IMG/VR virus record: IMGVR_UViG_3300020379_000624
Coordinates: 1-26,383 of that record
Direction: 5' to 3' (one strand)
DNA length: 26,383 bases
Source: a virus
Taxonomy: Duplodnaviria; Caudoviricetes
Positions 5,901 to 14,434 of this stretch are shown here, one piece after another. Below the pieces are notes generated by a model that saw only the letters and a list, made by a program, of their open reading frames with translations, was not told the origin of the DNA and did no database searches. Made by a program: the position numbers and the translations under genes. Position 1 is the first letter of the stretch, and the number at the start of each line of letters is the position of its first letter.

Positions 5901-6728
5901 TTATTCTCCTGCTGCAATTTGCTCAAGGATGCTATCCAAGTTGGTTTCTGTATTACTATCGAAGATTCTACTTACAGGTAGAGCATCAACATTATCAACA
6001 GCAATCGAGATAGACAGATATGTAAGGATTCTATCAGTGTACTTCTTCAATACTGCTTGATTAAGATAGAAGTAGTGATGCTTAGTATCTGCTAGATATT
6101 CTTCTGTATCACCATCAGCAACACGAGTTGCATACTTCGATGGTGTAATAGGGAATTCAACTTCTACTGCAGGGACACCTTTCTGATCACTAGGAATATC
6201 TCTTAGTTTCTGTCTGTATGTGACCCACTGAGCTTTAACTTCATCAGTTAGTGGAGAATCTGCTGCTTGTGTCCAATCACAATCCATAAGTAGGAACTTT
6301 CTCATCATCTTGAGTTTGTTCCAGTTGACCATATTATCTTTTGCATAGATGCTCTTCAATTTGGCATCTAGATCATAATCTTCAATATCTCTATAGTTGA
6401 TGAACTTATCATGCAGAGTATTGTAAAGACCTTTGATCTCTGCAGCAGTAAATTCTGCTGTATCAAACTCATAAGATACCCACTTATAAGTTTTGGTTTT
6501 CTGATCTCTCTGATACTTGTTCTTCAGCATCTTAGAGGTTTCATCTTTATAGAAGATAAAACTTTCTAATTTATCTCTATCTGAATCCCATAGGGGATAC
6601 AATACAGGAGAGATCTCCTTTGTCCAGTAGTCATCACTGATGCTCTTTGTCAGTCCATCACACTGTATTTGCCTAGTAGTGGCATTTACAAATAATGCGA
6701 CGGTTTGTGTATTGGCAAATTCGGTCAT
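5901..6728 (-). CDS. Tail fibre assembly chaperone-domain protein
   Basis: MRKFLLMDCDWTQAADSPLTDEVKAQWVTYRQKLRDIP matches the phage tail assembly chaperone motif (R..LL..sDWtq..D.pl......W..YRq.LRD.p); located downstream of fibre genes. Confidence 0.8.
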   Translation of the reverse strand: MTEFANTQTVALFVNATTRQIQCDGLTKSISDDYWTKEISPVLYPLWDSDRDKLESFIFYKDETSKMLKNKYQRDQKTKTYKWVSYEFDTAEFTAAEIKGLYNTLHDKFINYRDIEDYDLDAKLKSIYAKDNMVNWNKLKMMRKFLLMDCDWTQAADSPLTDEVKAQWVTYRQKLRDIPSDQKGVPAVEVEFPITPSKYATRVADGDTEEYLADTKHHYFYLNQAVLKKYTDRILTYLSISIAVDNVDALPVSRIFDSNTETNLDSILEQIAAGE

Positions 6729-7342
6729 TGTACTTTATGGGCCCATCCTGTCAATATGTATTTATCTTCAGTAAATACTGTGTTTCCTTTATGAACATGA
6801 GTTAAACCTGCTGGCCAAATAACTACCATGCCACATTCTGGTTTAATTCTACGTCTTTGATATAAAAACTCTGTCTCTGCCTCACCTTCTGGCATAGTAT
6901 TGAGATACATTGTCCATACTAACTCACGACTAGCAGCAGTAAATGATGCATTTTCATAATGCCATTCGTGATATCCACCCTGAGGTGGTGTCTTCTGTGC
7001 TTTCACAGCATAGGACATCAGTTTAACACTAAGCAACTGATTATATTCTAAACAATAACTTTTCAAGCAACACTTCAAATAGTCATTGACAGTGTTGGAT
7101 AAGTGTACGTCATAATGGTTTAGAACACATGCATAGTCATGTCTTCCCATTCTACCATTGGCAAACTGTTCTTTACCAGTTTCACCGTCATTAATTAGAG
7201 CAGATGTTTTTTGAATCTCATCAACCTTGTCAATCAATTCTTTGCATAATTGCTTTGGGATGAAATTTTTCCAAACACCAATAAAGTCATCAAACTCACC
7301 CACCATTTGTTCTGGTGGAAATATGAAATTTTCATTATTCAT
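6725..7342 (-). CDS. 2OG-Fe(II) oxygenase (prolyl-4-hydroxylase-like)
   Basis: GGYHEWHYE (HxE iron ligands), WTMYLN, ETEF, P..G..VIWPAGLTHVHKG (distal His) and KYILTGW; a family common in cyanomyoviruses. Confidence 0.9.
   Translation of the reverse strand: MNNENFIFPPEQMVGEFDDFIGVWKNFIPKQLCKELIDKVDEIQKTSALINDGETGKEQFANGRMGRHDYACVLNHYDVHLSNTVNDYLKCCLKSYCLEYNQLLSVKLMSYAVKAQKTPPQGGYHEWHYENASFTAASRELVWTMYLNTMPEGEAETEFLYQRRRIKPECGMVVIWPAGLTHVHKGNTVFTEDKYILTGWAHKVQ
6759..6766 (-). promoter_or_regulatory. Candidate T4-type late promoter (NATAAATA)
   Basis: Minus strand GATAAATA, 30 nt upstream of the chaperone ATG. A short AT-rich motif that could be chance. Confidence 0.35.
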
Positions 7343-7345
7343 AAT

Positions 7346-10300
7346 TTAGTATGCTTTGATCAAATATTTTACTCTGTGATATTTAGTGATTAGTGGAATA
7401 TTGTTTTCTGGAACAACTAGTGCAGTGGTTGAGATTGGAGTAGAAGAACTCATTAAGAAGTTTCCATCTTCAGCTGCTAATCCTGCCTGAACAACACCAA
7501 TGTCATAATCTAGGAAATCAACATCACTAATAGTATTGCCATCAGAAGGAACAAATGTTTTTGTTGTTACTTCATCATAGAAGAATGTCATCATGGAAAT
7601 ACCATAGTTATCTTCTGATGCTACTGAGTTATCATCTTGTCCTGCATTTCTTGTCTGTCTGATAATTAAATCAACACTATTGGCATTTCTAATAGCAGTA
7701 CCCTCAGCAAGTATAACCTCTTTTTCAACCCAACCTGTACCTAGATCACCTGCTGTAATAATAGTATCTAATACGTTAGTTGTGTTTGATCCTGCAGGTT
7801 TCCAATAAGCAATAAGATCTTCTTCTGGAACTGCACCACCATTAAGATTAGTTCCTTTAATACACGTAAACCTAATCTTATTAACATTCGACATATTAAA
7901 TGATGCCAAAATGTATTGTCTTGTACCTGCTCCATTAAATGCAATGTACTTAGTTGCTAATCCTCCATATGTTGGAGCACCAGCACCAGCAGGCATGGCA
8001 AATTTATTAGATGAGTTAGTTCCTAAACCAGGATTCTGTGGTGTTACCTCATTAGCAGTAGTATCACCATCTGCAGTAGATTCTTGCCAAATATTTGCTG
8101 TGTAGAATGATCCACCAGGGAATCCATTAACATTACAATTGTAGTATCTACCAGCAGGAGATGTGGTTTCACCAACAACAGTACCACCACCTTCTGATCC
8201 ACGATAAGTTACGATGACACTACCATTCACACCATTTGTACCATCTCCACCACCTCCACCAACACTTTGTAGACCAGCAGAAATACCAATATTTTGATCA
8301 ATCAAACTACAAACAATAGTTGCACCTTGACCACCGCCACCACCAGGTGAACCATATACTAAGATTGTAGTATCAACTTTAATTTGAACATATCCATTAC
8401 CACCGCCAGATCCTGGAGAACCACCATTTCCTGCAGTGCTCCATGATGCATTAGCATAGGTTGTTCTGACGCAAGAATCTCCTCTCTTACCACCAGTACC
8501 ACCACCGTTACCATTATGTCCGACACCTGCCTGACCTGCTTCACCACCAGATGCAGAACCTGCAGGACCAGCAGCGCCACCGCCGCCGCCTCCACCACCA
8601 GCAGTACAACCACCACTAGTACCATCACTACCATTAACAAAGTCCATCGCAGTGCTTACAGTGTGTAAGTTTGTATTTGCAGCTCTATGATTTCCACCAG
8701 CATAGCAACCATCAGTAGTACCACCACCGTTGAAACCACCACCAGATCCACCACCTGAACCTCCTCCACCAGCACCTAAGAATGCAGTACCTTGGTTGAA
8801 GTAAACACCAGTAGAACCACCAGCAGATCCAGCAGTTGCACCGTTACCCCATGCGCCGCGGCCACCATTACCACCATTGGAAGCACCACCGCCACCACCT
8901 GTCTGGTTTGCTTCAGATCCAGTACCATTGATGTTACCATCAATATTATTAAATCCTGCTTTACCACCTTGACCAAGAGTCCATGATAAAGAAGATGGAT
9001 TTTGTGTCATAGTAGCAGTAACTAATGCACCAGCACCACCAGTACCACCATTTGCACTATTATTACAATTAGAGTTACCATTACCATTACCACCTCCACC
9101 ACCGCCACCAGCAGCTCTTACAGTAACAGTTCTAGATTGTTCGCCTGCTGCTGGAGCAGGGGCAGTCCAACTTCCGTTAGAATTATATGTCTGATATGAT
9201 CCGTTATTAGTTACAGTTGATGATTCAGATTTACCGTCTCCACCACTACCACTGTTACCACTTGCGCCACCACCAGAGATATTAGAAGTATCAGTTCCAG
9301 CACCACCACCATTTTGACCAGGTGATCCATTTGTAGCACTGTATGTAAAATCTGGGTCATCAATTAATACCTGAGGTATTAAGAATGTTCCACCTGCTCC
9401 ACCAGCACCACCTTGATTACCTCTAGTAGCACCATCACCACCATATGCATAGATGGTTTGATTAGTTCCTTTCCAGTTAAATGTGGCATATGCATAACCA
9501 GCATCACCACCATTATTAGTAGTATCAGCACCACCTCCACCAGGAGCAACTAATGAAATATCAATTTGAGAGAAGTTTTCTCCTCCTTGAAGCACATATG
9601 GAGACGTATTAATTGTTCCAGGACTACTAATCTCATCATTACTAAATGTTGTTCCTGTACCAGGATCTTCAAATGTATCTAACTTACCACCAATTGTAGT
9701 AGCAGCATCAATAACATATGCTCTTGGATCTGGAGTTGATGTTTCTTCAATAAAAGATCCAACAGCAAGTTTAGCTGTCATCAATCCTGTTGCTGGACTA
9801 GAAGTTGGAGCACTATCAGGAACATAAGTTACAACAGTAGCACTAAGTTGATCTCCAAGAACTTCAAATGCACCATTATATTCAGCTTGATTTGCTCCCT
9901 GAACTTCAATTGTACTACCAGCATCAAAACCATGTGGAGTTGATGTTGTAAGAATTACATAACCTAACGCTGCATCCCATACAGCACTTTGTACTGAAAC
10001 TGTTGGTGATCCTGTAACAGGATAAGTGCCATTAGGATCAGGTGGAATTGAAGGAATACCACCACGTAATCCAAGTGCCTGAATACCAAACATATCCAAT
10101 GCGTTAGCATCACCTTCATTACCAGCTTGTAATTCATTACCACCACTAGCATTAGCACAAGTTTGAGAAATAGTAACAGTTTGACCTGCTGTCTGCAAAC
10201 CTGATGGAATAGTTACAAAACTCTGTGTCCAGTAAGCATATACAGCATCATACTGATCAAAACCTCCAGAGATGCTATTTGCTGCGTTAAAATCTTGACC

Positions 10301-11869
10301 TGATGGAATAATTTCTTCAGTTGTTCCATCAGAGAAAGTTACTTGTAATCCTTCACCAACATTATTTGTTCTTTCTCCACCATTACTATCATTACCACCA
10401 ATAGCAAAGATATAAAACTGATTATATCCAGTGAAGTCCATTGTATAAGTAGCAGATCTACTACCTTGCAACGTTGCACCAAATGTACCAGTGCTATTAT
10501 ATCCAAATGCTAGATACTTATCTCCTTTATCTGTAACAGCTGGTTCTGAAAAACCACCAATTTCACCTGAACCTGTACCATAGTTTTCAAGAGAGACACC
10601 AGAAAAAGATGCTGTTGATGCAATAACAGGATCATTAACGTCATAATTGACATCAGCAGGAACATTAGGATCTTCACCACCAATGCCTTTCACGTTACCA
10701 TAGGTTGCCATCCTAGGATTGTTTAATGGATCTTTTGACAATCCATGAGAGTGACCTAGTGCTAATCCACCAGAACCATCTGGTTCAAATGGTAAAATAT
10801 TAGATCTAGATTTAGAATACATTACAGCATACTGATCAGATGGTGAGGAACCAAATTCTGCCTCAAATCCTTCATCTGGTTCAGAAGATAAGATGTAATG
10901 GAAGTGTTCTACTGGTCTAGAGAAAATGTAATCATCAACAGGTCCAATTCTAAACTCAACAGAACCTGTCATGAATGTAAGAATATCAGCAGTGATATTA
11001 CTGTATCCAGTAGTTCTAACATCACCTACAGTAAAGAATGCTCCACCATCAAGAAGATCAGTGTTAGAAATGAACCATCTACCACCAACTTGTCCTACAT
11101 TATTAACTAGTGCGTTCTCAATGGTTGGAGATCCTAAGTTATCAACTGCACCAAGACCTGCAATTATTCTGTCCCTATAATCAGGAAGTTTAAATGTACC
11201 AATCTGATATGGATAGTCACGCAGATTATATGATTTCCTGAAGAATGCGTTTGGATGGTTACCAGAAGTAAAATTAACTGTAGTGAATGAGTTTACTGTA
11301 GTACCATCTGCAAAGTCAACTTCATATGCAAATTCAGTACCATCAACAGCAACTAGACCTGTTAAATCTTCTGTTGGTAGTTTTGTTTTGTAAAACTTAT
11401 TAAGTTCAAATAGTGGTGTTGGCATTGCTCCCAACCCATTACCACCATCTCCTGTATTATCAATGAATCTAAATTGACACCCGTATGGATATGGAAGTTT
11501 TGTTGGTCCCTGAATTCCAATATCTCTATTAATATTAATGAATGCTTTGCCATTCAAATAATATAGTTTCTTTAGACCACCAGCATTTGATGGTTGTGTG
11601 GGATTAACTTCTGCATCACCACCATAGGTGTTACCAATACAATTATATAATTCAGGATAATCTCTAATTAGTAATTCTTTTCCGTCACAATACAAATAAC
11701 GCTTATATGCAAACTCAGGATCTTCTCCTCCAGTTCCAGCACCACCATCATAAACTGCACCAGTAGAAAAACTATCTACCAGAAATGGCGTAATAGATCC
11801 TATAGGAGCGTACTGTCCATCAGTTTCTTGCTTATAAGCAGTGAATTTATTTCTATATGAGGTAGTCAT
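7346..11869 (-). CDS. Tail-collar-domain fibre/adhesin protein (1507 aa) with glycine-rich and duplicated jelly-roll-like domains
   Basis: Collar motif PIGSITPF...YLYCDGKELLIRDYPELYNCIGNTYGG...FKLPDYR; HxH motifs EHFHY and GHSHG; long Gly-rich region about 8200-9560; closing motif KYLIKAY. Confidence 0.85.
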   Translation of the reverse strand: MTTSYRNKFTAYKQETDGQYAPIGSITPFLVDSFSTGAVYDGGAGTGGEDPEFAYKRYLYCDGKELLIRDYPELYNCIGNTYGGDAEVNPTQPSNAGGLKKLYYLNGKAFININRDIGIQGPTKLPYPYGCQFRFIDNTGDGGNGLGAMPTPLFELNKFYKTKLPTEDLTGLVAVDGTEFAYEVDFADGTTVNSFTTVNFTSGNHPNAFFRKSYNLRDYPYQIGTFKLPDYRDRIIAGLGAVDNLGSPTIENALVNNVGQVGGRWFISNTDLLDGGAFFTVGDVRTTGYSNITADILTFMTGSVEFRIGPVDDYIFSRPVEHFHYILSSEPDEGFEAEFGSSPSDQYAVMYSKSRSNILPFEPDGSGGLALGHSHGLSKDPLNNPRMATYGNVKGIGGEDPNVPADVNYDVNDPVIASTASFSGVSLENYGTGSGEIGGFSEPAVTDKGDKYLAFGYNSTGTFGATLQGSRSATYTMDFTGYNQFYIFAIGGNDSNGGERTNNVGEGLQVTFSDGTTEEIIPSGQDFNAANSISGGFDQYDAVYAYWTQSFVTIPSGLQTAGQTVTISQTCANASGGNELQAGNEGDANALDMFGIQALGLRGGIPSIPPDPNGTYPVTGSPTVSVQSAVWDAALGYVILTTSTPHGFDAGSTIEVQGANQAEYNGAFEVLGDQLSATVVTYVPDSAPTSSPATGLMTAKLAVGSFIEETSTPDPRAYVIDAATTIGGKLDTFEDPGTGTTFSNDEISSPGTINTSPYVLQGGENFSQIDISLVAPGGGGADTTNNGGDAGYAYATFNWKGTNQTIYAYGGDGATRGNQGGAGGAGGTFLIPQVLIDDPDFTYSATNGSPGQNGGGAGTDTSNISGGGASGNSGSGGDGKSESSTVTNNGSYQTYNSNGSWTAPAPAAGEQSRTVTVRAAGGGGGGGNGNGNSNCNNSANGGTGGAGALVTATMTQNPSSLSWTLGQGGKAGFNNIDGNINGTGSEANQTGGGGGASNGGNGGRGAWGNGATAGSAGGSTGVYFNQGTAFLGAGGGGSGGGSGGGFNGGGTTDGCYAGGNHRAANTNLHTVSTAMDFVNGSDGTSGGCTAGGGGGGGGAAGPAGSASGGEAGQAGVGHNGNGGGTGGKRGDSCVRTTYANASWSTAGNGGSPGSGGGNGYVQIKVDTTILVYGSPGGGGGQGATIVCSLIDQNIGISAGLQSVGGGGGDGTNGVNGSVIVTYRGSEGGGTVVGETTSPAGRYYNCNVNGFPGGSFYTANIWQESTADGDTTANEVTPQNPGLGTNSSNKFAMPAGAGAPTYGGLATKYIAFNGAGTRQYILASFNMSNVNKIRFTCIKGTNLNGGAVPEEDLIAYWKPAGSNTTNVLDTIITAGDLGTGWVEKEVILAEGTAIRNANSVDLIIRQTRNAGQDDNSVASEDNYGISMMTFFYDEVTTKTFVPSDGNTISDVDFLDYDIGVVQAGLAAEDGNFLMSSSTPISTTALVVPENNIPLITKYHRVKYLIKAY

Positions 11870-13176
11870 TAATACTTAATTAGAAACTCTTGGATTAGAT
11901 ATGGTTGAATGAATTGATCTGCTTTATTCTCTTCGTTAACACGAACAGAAATTGTAGATACAATATTTGCAGCAGGAATAAATGTAGGAACGGTGTTCAC
12001 TTGATATGTATGTGGTTGTGCCTCAAAATTTACAAAGTGTCTATGTGTACCATCATTACCAGTAGCAACAACCTGATTTGTTACGTTATTAATTGCAGCA
12101 AATCCGTCTTGAGTTGAATCCTTAAATGAGTCGAATGGTAGGTTGTCATCATCATAATTACTTGCTAAAGTAATAGGACCAGTTCTTGGTTGTGCAAGAT
12201 AACCACCAATAGCACAACCAGGGAATCCAGTAGAGTCACATTTTACAGCAACTGTTCCAGTATATGTAATACTACCGCAAGTTGCTGATTCCTGTGATCC
12301 TGAACTTCCTCCACAACCACCACCATCACCAGACCAAACTGGGAAACCACAAACATATGATTCTGGAATTAGACATTCATACGAAGCAGTAAATAAACAT
12401 CCAGTAAAACATCCAGCATAGTATTCTCTTCTACATCCAGCAGAGTTAGTTTCTGATTGAGTAACACTAGACAATCTCTGTCTAGTAGCATTGAAGTAAC
12501 ATAAATCCTGTCTAGTATTATATGCCCACTCTAAAACACAAAGAGTAGATTTTCTAATGTAAGAGTTTCTACCAAATGAAGCAAATTCATTACCAGTAGA
12601 AGATGCTACTCTTGTTCTATTTCCATCATGGAAGTGAGCATGAGGAATAAATGCATTTTGTAGAACATCAGTATTCTCAGTATAGTTTCCAGTGTTTCTA
12701 ATAAATCCTGGTTCTCCAGTAACCTCAATAGTTTGAGATGGTAAGAAGAATGATCCTGTGTACTGAATTTGATACGAAGTACCAATATTACTAACAACTT
12801 CTAATCCAACACCTGATTTTGTAATAGTATTCTGATTATCATCTTCAATAAACAGATCAACATAATCTCCTGCGTTTGCACCAGATGATGCACGTAGTTT
12901 TTTAGATCCGTAATCTGGTAGTTGGAATTGATTATCTAATAGTGTTTGATTTGGTTTCTTAAATCTGGAGAGAGAACCAACACCAAGAACTTCTGCTAAA
13001 GCAGGAAAAATCTCAGCAGCATAGATTGCTCCGTCACACCTCAAATATCCTTGTGGTAACTTATCAGCATTTGATGGATCATCTGGGTCATTTGACGATA
13101 ATTGTCTAGACCAGTTGATAATAGTTCCCGTGGTAGTTCCTACCTTGGATTTCTCCCTGTTGTACATTACTGCCAT
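11869..13176 (-). CDS. Tail-collar-domain short fibre protein (435 aa) with Cys-rich central region
   Basis: GTIINW...LPQGYLRCDGAIYAAEIFPALAEVLG...FQLPDY; HxH motifs PHAHFH and THRHF; closing motif QPYLIQEFLIKY. Confidence 0.85.
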   Translation of the reverse strand: MAVMYNREKSKVGTTTGTIINWSRQLSSNDPDDPSNADKLPQGYLRCDGAIYAAEIFPALAEVLGVGSLSRFKKPNQTLLDNQFQLPDYGSKKLRASSGANAGDYVDLFIEDDNQNTITKSGVGLEVVSNIGTSYQIQYTGSFFLPSQTIEVTGEPGFIRNTGNYTENTDVLQNAFIPHAHFHDGNRTRVASSTGNEFASFGRNSYIRKSTLCVLEWAYNTRQDLCYFNATRQRLSSVTQSETNSAGCRREYYAGCFTGCLFTASYECLIPESYVCGFPVWSGDGGGCGGSSGSQESATCGSITYTGTVAVKCDSTGFPGCAIGGYLAQPRTGPITLASNYDDDNLPFDSFKDSTQDGFAAINNVTNQVVATGNDGTHRHFVNFEAQPHTYQVNTVPTFIPAANIVSTISVRVNEENKADQFIQPYLIQEFLIKY

Positions 13177-14424
13177 TTAGAATGCCCTCATGATCACAAT
13201 AGTAGTAAGTGATGGTGTATTAGGGTTAATCTGCACACTCAAAGCCTTGTCAACACTAACAGGTGCAATGGTTCCCGTCGTCATATTATTTATGAGGATA
13301 GTGCTAGGAACACGCATCTGTGCTTTAGTCATTGTGATGTCAATTGTGAAATGATTATGAGATGCTAATGATTCAGAATTGTAGTTATCAGCGTTATGAT
13401 TAAGTGTAGTTGGATATGGTTTTAATGCACTACCACCTCTAGAAGGAGGAACAACTGCATTACTATAAAAGTTTTTAAATCCTTGATATCTACCAGCAGG
13501 AGGGAATGGTGTAGAAACTGCAGGTGTTTGTTGATTAATAATACAGGTATTTGGATCATCATATTCAACTGTATTACCATACTGTGCTACAACTCTAGAT
13601 GTACCAGGAATAGCAGGAACAGAAGCAGGTGCTGCTGTAAAATCCCTGAACTGGTTCATCGTAGGTAATGTAAATGCAGCTTCATCATACCATGTAACTT
13701 TAGCAGTTCCTGGATTGAATCTATCTGCTTGATCCTCTGATGGGTTTACTGCTTCAGCAGAAACTGTAGTAAATTGTCCACCCTGAGTATCATAGTTACC
13801 TGCCTCAAATAGTCCAACATAACCACCACCTAGAACTGCAGATGGATATTTTTGATCTGCATCTTGTGGTTGACCATGACTATGAGCTGGTGTATGGTCA
13901 ATACCAAGTTTTCTTGGAATAGTTCTAGCAGTAGTAAAATACGCTGGGTCCTGAACATCAATACCTGTAATCTTTCCTGCTAAGGTTTGTTCTGCCTCTA
14001 CTTGGAAGTTTACATCGATATAAGAAATAACATTTGTTAAAGGAGCAGCATCATTACCATTTTCAGTAATGTATTGACCAACAACAGCACTATCACCTGG
14101 ATCTAATCTAGAAGATTCTAAATCTACCATTGAACAGTTGTTCAGATTAGGTAATGTAAAGATATCATCGTCATCATATTCAGGAAAATTATTCTGAATT
14201 CCTACAGGTGGACCACCAGGTTCTTGATAAGGACCATAAGTATTACCCAACAGTTGTGCTAACAATGGATAATCAATAGCACGTACAGTTTGTCCACTGC
14301 AGACAAGATAACCAGTTGGAATAGCGGACTCTAGCAACGCTGAGCTGCTAGATGTCCCTGTCCATGGTAAGATTGACCCAATTGGGTTGTTTTTTACTGA
14401 TTTGATTCTGTTGTAACTTGCCAT
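13177..14424 (-). CDS. Tail-collar-domain short fibre protein (415 aa)
   Basis: PIGSILPWTG...IPTGYLVCSGQTVRAIDYPLLAQLLGNTYG...FTLPNL; HxH motifs PAHSHG and SHNHF; closing motif PSLTTIVIMRAF. Confidence 0.85.
   Translation of the reverse strand: MASYNRIKSVKNNPIGSILPWTGTSSSSALLESAIPTGYLVCSGQTVRAIDYPLLAQLLGNTYGPYQEPGGPPVGIQNNFPEYDDDDIFTLPNLNNCSMVDLESSRLDPGDSAVVGQYITENGNDAAPLTNVISYIDVNFQVEAEQTLAGKITGIDVQDPAYFTTARTIPRKLGIDHTPAHSHGQPQDADQKYPSAVLGGGYVGLFEAGNYDTQGGQFTTVSAEAVNPSEDQADRFNPGTAKVTWYDEAAFTLPTMNQFRDFTAAPASVPAIPGTSRVVAQYGNTVEYDDPNTCIINQQTPAVSTPFPPAGRYQGFKNFYSNAVVPPSRGGSALKPYPTTLNHNADNYNSESLASHNHFTIDITMTKAQMRVPSTILINNMTTGTIAPVSVDKALSVQINPNTPSLTTIVIMRAF
13287..13294 (-). promoter_or_regulatory. 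Candidate T4-type late promoter (NATAAATA)
   Basis: Minus strand CATAAATA, about 110 nt upstream of ATG 13176; intragenic and possibly chance. Confidence 0.25.
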
Positions 14425-14434
14425 TTTTCTTAGA

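Noticed and set aside
8200-9560. (CCA/CCG)n-rich low-complexity DNA as a tandem repeat or collagen-like region
   Set aside because: It is explained by polyglycine runs in the adhesin and lacks Gly-X-Y periodicity.
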